Shown piece by piece: positions 44,421-52,839 of a stretch of 64,000 bases of DNA. Source of the DNA: Anaeromyxobacter sp. (GTDB lineage Bacteria; Myxococcota; Myxococcia; Myxococcales; Anaeromyxobacteraceae); NCBI GenBank assembly GCA_049840735.1, contig JASGJN010000011.1, positions 1-64,000 of the forward strand. Direction: 5' to 3'. The number at the start of each line of letters is the position of its first letter. The stretch's first letter is position 1. The notes below the pieces were generated by a model. It did no database searches. It saw nothing but the letters and a program-made list of their open reading frames with translations, and had not been told where the DNA came from. Made by a program: the position numbers and the translations under genes.

Positions 44421-45890
44421 GTGCCGAGGAGCAAGTGGCGACATGGTGGGATGCTGATGGCGGGCGTGGGGACGGGCCTGGCGGCCGCCGCGCTGGTGAC
44501 GAGCAAGCGGCAGCGCCGCGAGCTCTCCCGCGCGCTGCGTGAGCAGCCCCTGCCCCGCGTGGTGATCGTGGGCGGCGGGTTCGGCGGCCTGTCGGCCGCC
44601 CGCTCCCTGGCCGGCGCGCCCGTCAAGGTCACCCTCATCGACCGCCGCAACCACCACCTGTTCCAGCCGCTCCTCTACCAGGTGGCCACCGCCGGGCTGA
44701 ACCCATCGGACATCTCGGCCCCCATCCGCCACGTGCTCCGCCACCAGCTCAACGCCGAGGTGGTGCTGGGCGACGTGAAGGGCATCGACCCCGACCGGCG
44801 CACGGTGCGGCTCGCCGACGGCGCCGCCGTGGGCTACGACTTCCTGATCCTGGCCACCGGGGCCACGCACTCCTACTTCGGCCGCGACGACTGGGCCCCA
44901 CTGGCCCCCGGCCTCAAGACCATCGAGGACGCGCTGGAGATCCGCCGCCGCGTGCTGCTCGCCTTCGAGCAGGCCGAGCGCGAGACCGATCCGGCCGTGC
45001 GCCAGGCGCTGCTCACCTTCGTGGTGGTCGGCGGCGGCCCCACCGGCGTCGAGCTGGCCGGCGCGCTGGCCGAGATCGCCAAGCACACGCTCGCGTCCGA
45101 CTTCCGGCACATCGCCCCGGAGAGCGCGCGGGTGGTGCTGCTCGAGGCGCTGCCGCACATCCTCCCCGCCTTCTCGCCCGGCCTGCAGGAGAACGCCCGC
45201 AAGCAGCTCCAGAAGATCGGCGTGGAGGTCCGCACCGGCGGCCGGGTCACCGGCATCGACGCGGCCGGCGTGACGGTGGGTACGGATCGCATCGCCGCGC
45301 GGACCGTGCTGTGGGGCGCCGGCGTGGCCGGCTCGCCGCTGGCCCGCGCGCTGGGCGTGAAGCTCGACCGCGCCGGGCGCGTGGAGGTCCAGCCGGACCT
45401 GACGGTCCCGGGACGGCCGGAGATCTACGTCATCGGCGACCTGGCGGCGCTGAAGCAGCTGGACGGCTCGCCGGTGCCGGGCGTCGCGCCGGCCGCGGGC
45501 CAGGAGGGCCGCCACGCGGCGGACAACATCCTGCGCTCGCTGCGCACCGAGCCGCGCCGGCCGTTCAAGTACCTCGACAAGGGCATGCTGGCCACCATCG
45601 GCCGGGCCGCGGCGGTGGGCGCGGTGCGCGGGTTCGAGTTCCACGGCCTGACGGCCTGGCTGGCCTGGCTCTTCGTCCACGTCTTCTTCCTGATCGGCTT
45701 CCGCAACCGCGTGGCGGTGACGCTGCAGTGGGCCTGGTCGTACCTGACCTTCGCCCGCGGCGCGCGGCTCATCACCGACACGGCCGAGCAGTGGCGGCTC
45801 ATCGCCGAGAAGCGCGCGCCGGAGCTCCCGGAGGCGACGCCCCCGCCCGCGGCCGAGGGCGCCCGCGCGCGCGAGGCGACGCTCCAGTAG
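44421..45890 (+). CDS. ndh: Type II NADH dehydrogenase
   Basis: GGGFGG, HLFQPLLYQVAT, GGGPTGVELAG, IGD; GGAGG before GTG. Confidence 0.88.
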   Translation: MPRSKWRHGGMLMAGVGTGLAAAALVTSKRQRRELSRALREQPLPRVVIVGGGFGGLSAARSLAGAPVKVTLIDRRNHHLFQPLLYQVATAGLNPSDISAPIRHVLRHQLNAEVVLGDVKGIDPDRRTVRLADGAAVGYDFLILATGATHSYFGRDDWAPLAPGLKTIEDALEIRRRVLLAFEQAERETDPAVRQALLTFVVVGGGPTGVELAGALAEIAKHTLASDFRHIAPESARVVLLEALPHILPAFSPGLQENARKQLQKIGVEVRTGGRVTGIDAAGVTVGTDRIAARTVLWGAGVAGSPLARALGVKLDRAGRVEVQPDLTVPGRPEIYVIGDLAALKQLDGSPVPGVAPAAGQEGRHAADNILRSLRTEPRRPFKYLDKGMLATIGRAAAVGAVRGFEFHGLTAWLAWLFVHVFFLIGFRNRVAVTLQWAWSYLTFARGARLITDTAEQWRLIAEKRAPELPEATPPPAAEGARAREATLQ

Positions 45891-45977
45891 GTGGCTGCCG
45901 CACCTCCGCGCCGCGGGGATCGCCCCCTGCCCTTCCGGCCGCTTGCCCCGGCGCACGGGCTCGCCTATGCCCGGCCC

Positions 45978-46385
45978 ATGAACTCGGCCGAGCTGGAGGT
46001 GCTGGAGGCCAACGCGGCCTTCTACCGGGCCTTCGCCCAGGGCAACGCCCTGGCGATGTCGCGCCTCTGGTCCGAGCAGCTGCCGGTGGCCTGCATCCAC
46101 CCGGGCTGGGACGTGCTGGACGGGCGCGAGGAGGTGCTGGAGAGCTGGCGGCAGATCCTCGAGCCGGGGAACTCGCCCGAGGTCGCCTGCTCGCTGGCCG
46201 AGGCGCGCGTGCTGGGCGACGTCGCCTACGTCACCTGCCGCGAGTCGATCGACGACGCCCGGCTGGCGGTGACCAACGTCTTCGCCCGGGAGGGCGGCGG
46301 GTGGCGGCTGGTCCTGCACCAGGCCACGCCCATCGCCCCGGGCCAGGCGCGCCCGGAGCCGACCGGGGGCGGGCTGCAGAACTAG
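45978..46385 (+). CDS. SnoaL/NTF2-like protein
   Basis: ANAAFYRAF, CIHPGW, TNVF, WRLVLHQA. Confidence 0.85.
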   Translation: MNSAELEVLEANAAFYRAFAQGNALAMSRLWSEQLPVACIHPGWDVLDGREEVLESWRQILEPGNSPEVACSLAEARVLGDVAYVTCRESIDDARLAVTNVFAREGGGWRLVLHQATPIAPGQARPEPTGGGLQN

Positions 46386-46417
46386 GCGCGGCTGCTGCAG
46401 CCGCCGCCCGCCTGGAT

Positions 46418-46467
46418 CCGGTCAGCCTGAGCGTAGCCGCCGCGGAGCGGCGGCGGAGTCGAAGGCC
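46418..46467 (+). repeat. REP-like nested-hairpin element, single copy
   Basis: CCGGTCA GCC TGAGCGTAG CCGCCGC GGA GCGGCGG CGGAGTCGAA GGC. Confidence 0.8.
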
Positions 46468-46487
46468 GGCCCGTTGCGCTCGAGCCC

Positions 46488-47264
46488 CTACGCCTCCCGC
46501 TCAGCGGTCGCCGTCCCTGACACGGCCACCGGCGCCGCCTTCCCGCGCAGCTCCTGCACCGCGGCCTCGATGCGCGCGCGCACCGCGTCGCGCAGGGCGA
46601 CCGCGTCGTCGCCGAAGGGCTCGATGGCCATCGGCTCGAGGATGCGGGCGGTGGCGCGGCAGGGGCGGACCCACGGGTTGCCCTTGGGCAGGCCGCGGGC
46701 GGTGCCGGCCACGGCCACCGGGAGCACCGGGACCTTGGCGTCGAGCGCCAGCCGGAAGGCGCCGGACTTGAACGGCAGGAGCGTCCCGCGGGTGGAGCGG
46801 GTGCCCTCCGGGAAGATCATCACGTTCATGCCGTGCGCCAGGTAGCGGCGCGCCCTGGCCAGCGCGGCGCCGCCGCTCTCCGAGTTGCCGCGGGTGACGG
46901 GGATGTCGCCGGCCAGCCGGAACATCCAGCCCACCCAGGGGACGTCGAAGAGCGACGCCTTGGCCACCCACTTCATCTCGCGGGGGATGTGCGAGATGAG
47001 GAGGATGTCGAGCATGGACTCGTGGTTCGCCACCACGACGTACGGCCCCTTGCCCGGGAAGCGTCCCTCGACCTGGAGCCGCCAGGGCGGGAACGTCTTG
47101 GCCATGCCCACGGCGGCCAGGCGCAGGAAGCGCCCGGCCACGGCGCGGTTCCGGTCGAAGGGCCAGGTGACGAGCAGCAGCAGCGCCTGGAGCGGCAGCG
47201 TCACCAGCACCAGGAGCAGCGAGACGAGGTAGCCGGCGGCGGCGACGGGGGCGTAGGCGTACAC
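46488..47264 (-). CDS. Lysophospholipid acyltransferase (PlsC family)
   Basis: NHESMLD and FPEGTRS motifs. Confidence 0.9.
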   Translation of the reverse strand: MYAYAPVAAAGYLVSLLLVLVTLPLQALLLLVTWPFDRNRAVAGRFLRLAAVGMAKTFPPWRLQVEGRFPGKGPYVVVANHESMLDILLISHIPREMKWVAKASLFDVPWVGWMFRLAGDIPVTRGNSESGGAALARARRYLAHGMNVMIFPEGTRSTRGTLLPFKSGAFRLALDAKVPVLPVAVAGTARGLPKGNPWVRPCRATARILEPMAIEPFGDDAVALRDAVRARIEAAVQELRGKAAPVAVSGTATAEREA

Positions 47265-47288
47265 GCGGCGGATCCTGCGCGAAGATGG

Positions 47289-48725
47289 TCACCACTTCGT
47301 CACGGACGCCACCGCCGGCCCGGCCGGTGGCCGGGCCTGGTGGTGCGCCGTGCGCGCCTGGAAGAGCGCCGCGGCCGAGAGCAGCCGGACCTCCTCCAGC
47401 GGCGCCCCCACCAGCTGCAGCGAGACCGGGAGCCCGCCCGAGAACCCCATGGGCAGCGCCACGGCCGGCAGGCCGGCCAGGTTGCCGGCCGCGCCCAGCG
47501 GATCCGGGAAGTCGAAGAGCGGGTCGAAGTCCTCCTCCACGCGCGGCGGCGGGTACGGCAGGTTGGGCGCGAGCACCAGGTCGTACCGCTCGAAGAAGCC
47601 GACCAGCTGCCGCTGCAGCTCGCCGCGCACGCGCATGGCGCGCACGTAGTCGGACGGGTTGCCCTTGGGCAGGTAGTCCCCGGGCGACTTCTCCTGGTGC
47701 GAGCGGTCGGCCAGCTGCTTCGTCCGGCCGCTGCGGATCAGCTCCTCGAAGGCGGTGGCGGCCTCGGCCTCGATGAAGAAGGAGGCCAGCGGCTCGAAGG
47801 GCAGCGCCGGCAGCTCTGCCGGCGCGAGCAGCGCGCCGGCGTCGGCGAAGACCTGCTGGGCCTCGGACCAGGCGCGCTCGGTGGCCTCGCCCACCGGCCG
47901 CTTCGCCGGCATGGGCAGCACGGCCACCCGCAGGCCGGCCACCACCTCGGGCTTGACGCGCTCCAGCCCGGCGGGCGGCGGGAGCGTGGAGGGATCTCGC
48001 GGGTCCACCCCGGCGATGGCGGCCAGCACGCGCGCGCAGTCCTCGGCGGAGCGGGCGATGGGGCCGAGCTTGTCCATCGACCAGGAGAGCGCCATGGCGC
48101 CGTGGCGCGAGACCAGGCCGTAGGTGGGGCGCAGGCCGGTCACGCCGCAGAACGCGGACGGGCAGGTGATGGAGCCCCAGGTCTCGGAGCCGATGGCGAA
48201 CGGCACCAGCCCGGCCGCCACCGCCGAGGCCGAGCCGGAGGAGGAGCCGCCGGCCCAGCGCGCCGGATCCCACGGCGTGCGGCAGGGGCCGTTCAGCGCG
48301 GCCTGGCCGGTGTGGTAGCCGAGCCCGCCGGCCAGCTCGACCATGGAGAGCTTGGCCACCAGCACCGCGCCGGCGTCGCGCAGCCGGCGCGCCACGGTGG
48401 CGTCGCGGGCCGGCACGCGGTCGGCGTAGGGGGCGGCGCCGAAGGTGGTGCGGATGCCCTCGGTGTCCACCAGGTCCTTGAGGCCGTAGGGGATGCCGTG
48501 CAGCGGGCCGCGCCAGCGACCCCCGGCCAGCTCCGCCTCGGCGGCGCGCGCCTCGGCCAGCGCCCGCTCGCGCGTGAGCGTCACCACGCAGCCCAGGGCG
48601 GGGCCGCGCCGCTCCAGCCGCTCCAGGCAGGCCTCGGCCAGCGCCACCGGCGAGAGCTCGCGCGCGCGCAGCGCCTTCGACAGCGCGGCCAGCCCGGAGA
48701 AGAGGACGTCGTCGGAGATGGTCAT
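47289..48725 (-). CDS. Amidase-signature family enzyme
   Basis: GLKD, GGSSSGS, GSETWGS. Confidence 0.92.
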   Translation of the reverse strand: MTISDDVLFSGLAALSKALRARELSPVALAEACLERLERRGPALGCVVTLTRERALAEARAAEAELAGGRWRGPLHGIPYGLKDLVDTEGIRTTFGAAPYADRVPARDATVARRLRDAGAVLVAKLSMVELAGGLGYHTGQAALNGPCRTPWDPARWAGGSSSGSASAVAAGLVPFAIGSETWGSITCPSAFCGVTGLRPTYGLVSRHGAMALSWSMDKLGPIARSAEDCARVLAAIAGVDPRDPSTLPPPAGLERVKPEVVAGLRVAVLPMPAKRPVGEATERAWSEAQQVFADAGALLAPAELPALPFEPLASFFIEAEAATAFEELIRSGRTKQLADRSHQEKSPGDYLPKGNPSDYVRAMRVRGELQRQLVGFFERYDLVLAPNLPYPPPRVEEDFDPLFDFPDPLGAAGNLAGLPAVALPMGFSGGLPVSLQLVGAPLEEVRLLSAAALFQARTAHHQARPPAGPAVASVTKW

Positions 48726-48729
48726 GGCG

Positions 48730-48975
48730 TCAGTCCGGGCGCACCGGGAGGGCGCGGAAGATCAGGGCCGGCTCGGCCTCGAGCTCGAGCGGGAAGGCCC
48801 GCAGCGGCTCGAGCGCGTCGCCGCCGCCGGCGGGCGCCTGGCCCGCGCCGGCGGGGGCGGCGCTGGGCGCGGCGGCGGAGGTGGTGGCGCAGCCGGCCGC
48901 TGCTGCGGCGGCGGCCGGCGCCAGGGCGAGCGTGCGCAGGAAGCTGCGGCGGGGGGTCCCGGATCGGCTGGACAT
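48730..48975 (-). CDS. Small Tat-signal (lipo)protein
   Basis: PRRSFL twin-arginine motif, AAGC, ends 4 nt before the amidase start. Confidence 0.65.
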   Translation of the reverse strand: MSSRSGTPRRSFLRTLALAPAAAAAAAGCATTSAAAPSAAPAGAGQAPAGGGDALEPLRAFPLELEAEPALIFRALPVRPD

Positions 48976-49074
48976 GCCGATCTCCTACCACGCCCCGGAA
49001 CGGGCGGCGGCGCGGCGCGACGGGGGGCCCTCGCCGGTGTGGCCCGGCGGGCCGTCCCGGGCCAGAATCACCGG

Positions 49075-50004
49075 GTGCCCGAGCTGCCGGACATCCAGGT
49101 CTACGTCGAGGCCATCGCCGCGCGGGCGCAGGGGCTGCCGCTGGAGCGCGTCCGGCTGGGCAACCCGTTCCTGCTGCGCTCGGCCGACCCGCCGCTGGCG
49201 GAGGCCTCCGGGCGGCGGCTGGAGGCGGTGCGCCGGATGGGAAAGCGGATCGTGCTGGCGCTGGAGGGCGACCTCTTCCTGGCGCTGCACCTCATGATCG
49301 CCGGCCGGCTCCACTGGAAGGACCCGGGGGCCAAGCTGCCGGGCAAGGTGGGGCTGGCGGCGTTCGACTTCCCCAGCGGCACGCTCACGCTCACCGAGGC
49401 CGGCACCAAGCGGCGCGCGGCGCTCCACCTGGTGCGGGGCGAGGCGGGGCTGCGCGCGCTGGACCGCGGCGGGGTGGAGCCGCTGGAAGTGGACCTGCCC
49501 GGCTTCGCCGCCGCGCTGCGCAGCGGGAACCACACGCTGAAGCGCGCCCTCGACCGACCCCGCGCTCTTCTCCGGGATCGGCAACGCCTACTCCGACGAG
49601 ATCCTCCACCGCGCCCGGCTCTCGCCGGTGAAGCTCACCTCGCGCCTCACCGACGAGGAGGTGGCCGCGCTCTTCGCGGCCACGCGCGAGCTGCTCGACG
49701 CCTGGACCGAGCGGCTGCGGCGCGAGGCCGGCGCGGCCTTCCCGGAGGGCGTGACCGCCTTCCGCGACGGCATGGCGGTGCACGGGCGCCACCGCCAGCC
49801 CTGCCCGGTCTGCGGCACCGCCGTGCAGCGGATCGTGCGCGCGGAGAACGAGGTCAACTACTGCCCTCGCTGCCAGACCGGCGGGCAGATCCTCTGGATC
49901 GCTCGCTGGCGCGGCTGCTGAAGCAGGACTGGCCGAAGACCATCGACGAGCTGGAGAAGAACCCGGCCCTGGGGCTCCGGGCCCCGCCCACGGAGCAGGC
50001 ATGA
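49075..50004 (+). CDS. Fpg/Nei-family DNA glycosylase (apparent frameshifts ~49552 and ~49895)
   Basis: N-terminal PELP, HLMIAG, SGIGNAYSDEI (shifted frame), zinc finger CPVC...CPRCQ. Confidence 0.88.
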   Translation: MPELPDIQVYVEAIAARAQGLPLERVRLGNPFLLRSADPPLAEASGRRLEAVRRMGKRIVLALEGDLFLALHLMIAGRLHWKDPGAKLPGKVGLAAFDFPSGTLTLTEAGTKRRAALHLVRGEAGLRALDRGGVEPLEVDLPGFAAALRSGNHTLKRALDRPRALLRDRQRLLRRDPPPRPALAGEAHLAPHRRGGGRALRGHARAARRLDRAAAARGRRGLPGGRDRLPRRHGGARAPPPALPGLRHRRAADRARGERGQLLPSLPDRRADPLDRSLARLLKQDWPKTIDELEKNPALGLRAPPTEQA

Positions 50005-50481
50005 CGACCCGCGAACAGTCGGTGGCGGCGCTGCGCGAGCGCGCCCGGATCCTCTACGAGGGGAAGGTGGTGGCCCACCGCAGCTGCGGCATCGCGGTGG
50101 CGGCCACCTTCGGCCGGCCCACCGGCGCGTACCAGGCGCTGCGCAAGGGCGGCCTCACCGGCGAGGGGACCTGCGGGGCGGTGCTGGCCGGCCAGCTGGT
50201 GCTGGGGGAGCTGCTGGGCGATCCGGATCCCGGCCGGGCCGCCCACGCCGGCGCTGCGCGAGGCCATGCTCCGCTACCGCGCCGAGATCGCCGGGCGGCT
50301 CGACCGCGGCGGCGCCGCCACGCTGGTGTGCAACGACCTGACCGCTCGCTTCCCCGTCTTCCAGGGGCCGGAGCGGGCGGCCTTCTGCACGTCCCTCGCG
50401 GCCACCGTGGCCGAGATCGTGGCCGGGATCGCCTACGACGCCGGCGTGGTGATCGAGCCCGGGCCGCTGCCGGAGCGGTGA
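50001..50481 (+). CDS. C-GCAxxG-C-C family protein (apparent frameshift ~50230)
   Basis: SC, GG...TCGAVLAG, VC, FC cysteine pattern; ATGA overlap with upstream gene. Confidence 0.7.
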
Positions 50482-50736
50482 CGCAGGGGTGGAGCCCCGA
50501 CGGCTCAGCCGGGCGGGGCGGGGGGCGCAGCCCCCGTGTGATTGACCGCGCGCCCGCCCGGCGGCGCTCACCTCCGCCGGAAATCGCTGACATTGCGCAC
50601 ATATATCGTGCTTGCGCCCGCTCGCCCGTCCGTGGCGTCGACGGGTCTGTCCATGCAACAAGGGACAGACCCAACTGAGGCGCCCTGGGAGGACGGCGGC
50701 TGAATCGCCGGGGGAGCGCCCTTCGACCCGGGAGGC

Positions 50737-52648
50737 GTGCCCTTGTTCGTCCGTTCCACCGCTCGATTCCTGTCCGTGGTGCCGGGATTCACCCGGCGCG
50801 AAACCCGCCGCTCGAGGGCCCGCCTGGTGGCGTGGACCCTCGCCGTCCTGGCGCTGCTGGGCGCCGCGGCGGCGCCGTCGATCGCGCTGCCGGCGCAGGC
50901 CTGGACGGCCAGCTCGCTGGAGAAGATCCGTCCCTCGGCCGCGGCCAGGAGCACCACCTCCGCCAGCGTCTCGGCGGCGCGCAACGAGAACCGAGGCCTT
51001 CCAGGTGGTGGTGACCGGCCCGGCCAGCGGCGTGTCCGCCACGGCGACCACGCTCTCCGGCCCGGGCACGCTCCCGGCCCCCGCGCTCTACCGCGAGGCG
51101 CTCATCAACCTGCAGAACGCCTCGGCGCTGGACGGCGGCACGGGCCGCTGGCCCGACGCGCTGGTGCCGGACGTGGACGCGTTCGCCGGGGAGCGGCGCA
51201 ACGCCTTCCCCTTCGACGTGCCGGCCGGTGAGAGCCGCGCCATCTGGGTGGAGGTGAAGGTCCCCGCCGACGCGGCGCCGGGCAGCTACCAGGGCTCGGT
51301 GCGCGTGACCTGGAGCGGCGGCTCCGCCGACGTGCCGGTCGCGCTCACGGTCTGGCCCTTCACCCTCCCCGCCACCGCCTCGCTCAAGAGCGCGTTCAGC
51401 TTCTCCTGGGGCGCCATCCCCTCCGAGCACGGGCTCTCCGCGGGCGACGCCTACTCGCGGCTGCGCGTGCGCTACGGGCAGCTGGCGCTCATGAACCGGG
51501 TGACCCTCTCCCACGTGGACGACGGCAACGCCTCGCTCGCCCACCTCGACCAGTTCTACGGCGCGAGCCTGGACGGCACCGACCCGGCGCTGGACGGGGC
51601 GCGCATGACCAGCTTCGAGCTGATGGGGCCGGCCTCGAGCTGGGCGCCCTACTTCCAGGGCCAGGGCTGGCTGGACCGGCTCTTCCAGTACACCTGCGAC
51701 GAGCCCCCGCTCACCTGCGCCTGGAGCGACATCCCCGCCCGCGCCAAGGTGGCCCGCGACGCCACGCCCTCGGTGCGCACGCTGGTCACCACCACCATCC
51801 AGGAGGCCAACGACCACGGCGTGGCCTCGTCCATCGACATCATGGTGCCGGTGGTGAACTACATGGAGGACCGGCCTGGCATGGGCCGCTTCTCCGGCTC
51901 GCAGCGCGCGGCCTACGACTCCTTCCTGGCCGCCTCGCCCAGGCGCGAGCTCTGGATGTACCAGAGCTGCATGAGCCACGGCTGCGGCGGCACCGTCAAC
52001 TTCGGCTCGCCCAGCGCGTCCGACCAGTACTTCACCGGCTGGCCCAGCTACGTGATCGACGCCTCGGCCGTCCGCAACCGCGCCATGCAGTGGCTCGACT
52101 TCCGCTTCGGGGTGACCGGCGAGCTCTACTTCGAGACCGCCATGGCCTACGGCCACGACCCGTGGACCAACCAGTGGGACTTCTCCGGCAACGGCGACGG
52201 GACGCTCTTCTACCCGGGCACCCCGGCCAAGATCGGCGGCACCACGCACATCCCGGTGGCCTCGCTGCGCCTGGCGCAGATCCGCGACGGCATGGAGGAC
52301 TACGAGTACCTGAAGCTGCTCTCCGACCTCGGGGACGGCGCGGGGGCCCAGGCGATCGCCGCCCGCCTCTTCCCGCACGCCTACCAGACCGAGGCCGCGC
52401 CCGCGGACCTGGCGGCGGCGCGGCAGGAGCTGGCCGAGCGGATCATCGCCATCGTGGCGCCGGGCACGCCGACCGATCCGCCCAACCCGGGCGATCCCAC
52501 CCCCACGCCCACGCCCGACCCGGGCACCGACCCGGTGCCGACGCCGGCGGCCTCCAACGCCGCGGGCGGCTGCAACGCCGGCGGCGCCGCGGGGCTCTTG
52601 GCGCTGCTGGGGCTGGCGGGCGCGCTGCGCCGGCGGCGGCGCAGCTGA
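50737..52648 (+). CDS. Secreted DUF4091-like (glycoside hydrolase-like) protein with MYXO-CTERM-type tail (apparent frameshift ~50990)
   Basis: Signal peptide, ARNE.EAFQVVV, DEP, NGDGTLFYPG, SLRL..IRDGMEDYEYL, tail GGCNAGG...[14 protein letters not shown]. Confidence 0.8.
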
Positions 52649-52656
52649 CCTGCGGC

Positions 52657-52790
52657 GCCCTTCGACTCCGCCGCGGCGCTGCCGCGGCTACGCTTCGGCT
52701 ACGCTTCGGCTACGCTCAGGGCGAACGGTCTACCCATCCGGTCGGCCTGAGCGTAGGGCCCGCCGGCAGGCGGGCCCGGAGTCGAAGGCC
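52657..52790. repeat. REP-like nested-hairpin element, inverted pair (52657-52728 minus, 52738-52790 plus)
   Basis: Same consensus; minus copy contains an internal 11-bp tandem duplication. Confidence 0.85.
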
Positions 52791-52832
52791 AGGCCTCGAG
52801 CGTCGACGCGAGAGCGCGGCGCCTCGAGGCCT
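52791..52832. terminator. Hairpin between convergent genes
   Basis: AGGCCTCGAG...CTCGAGGCCT 10-bp inverted repeat. Confidence 0.35.
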
Positions 52833-52839
52833 GCCTCGG

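Noticed and set aside
50690..50735. GCTGAATC...GGGGGA resembling the start of a c-di-AMP riboswitch
   Set aside because: Downstream conserved elements of that riboswitch are absent.
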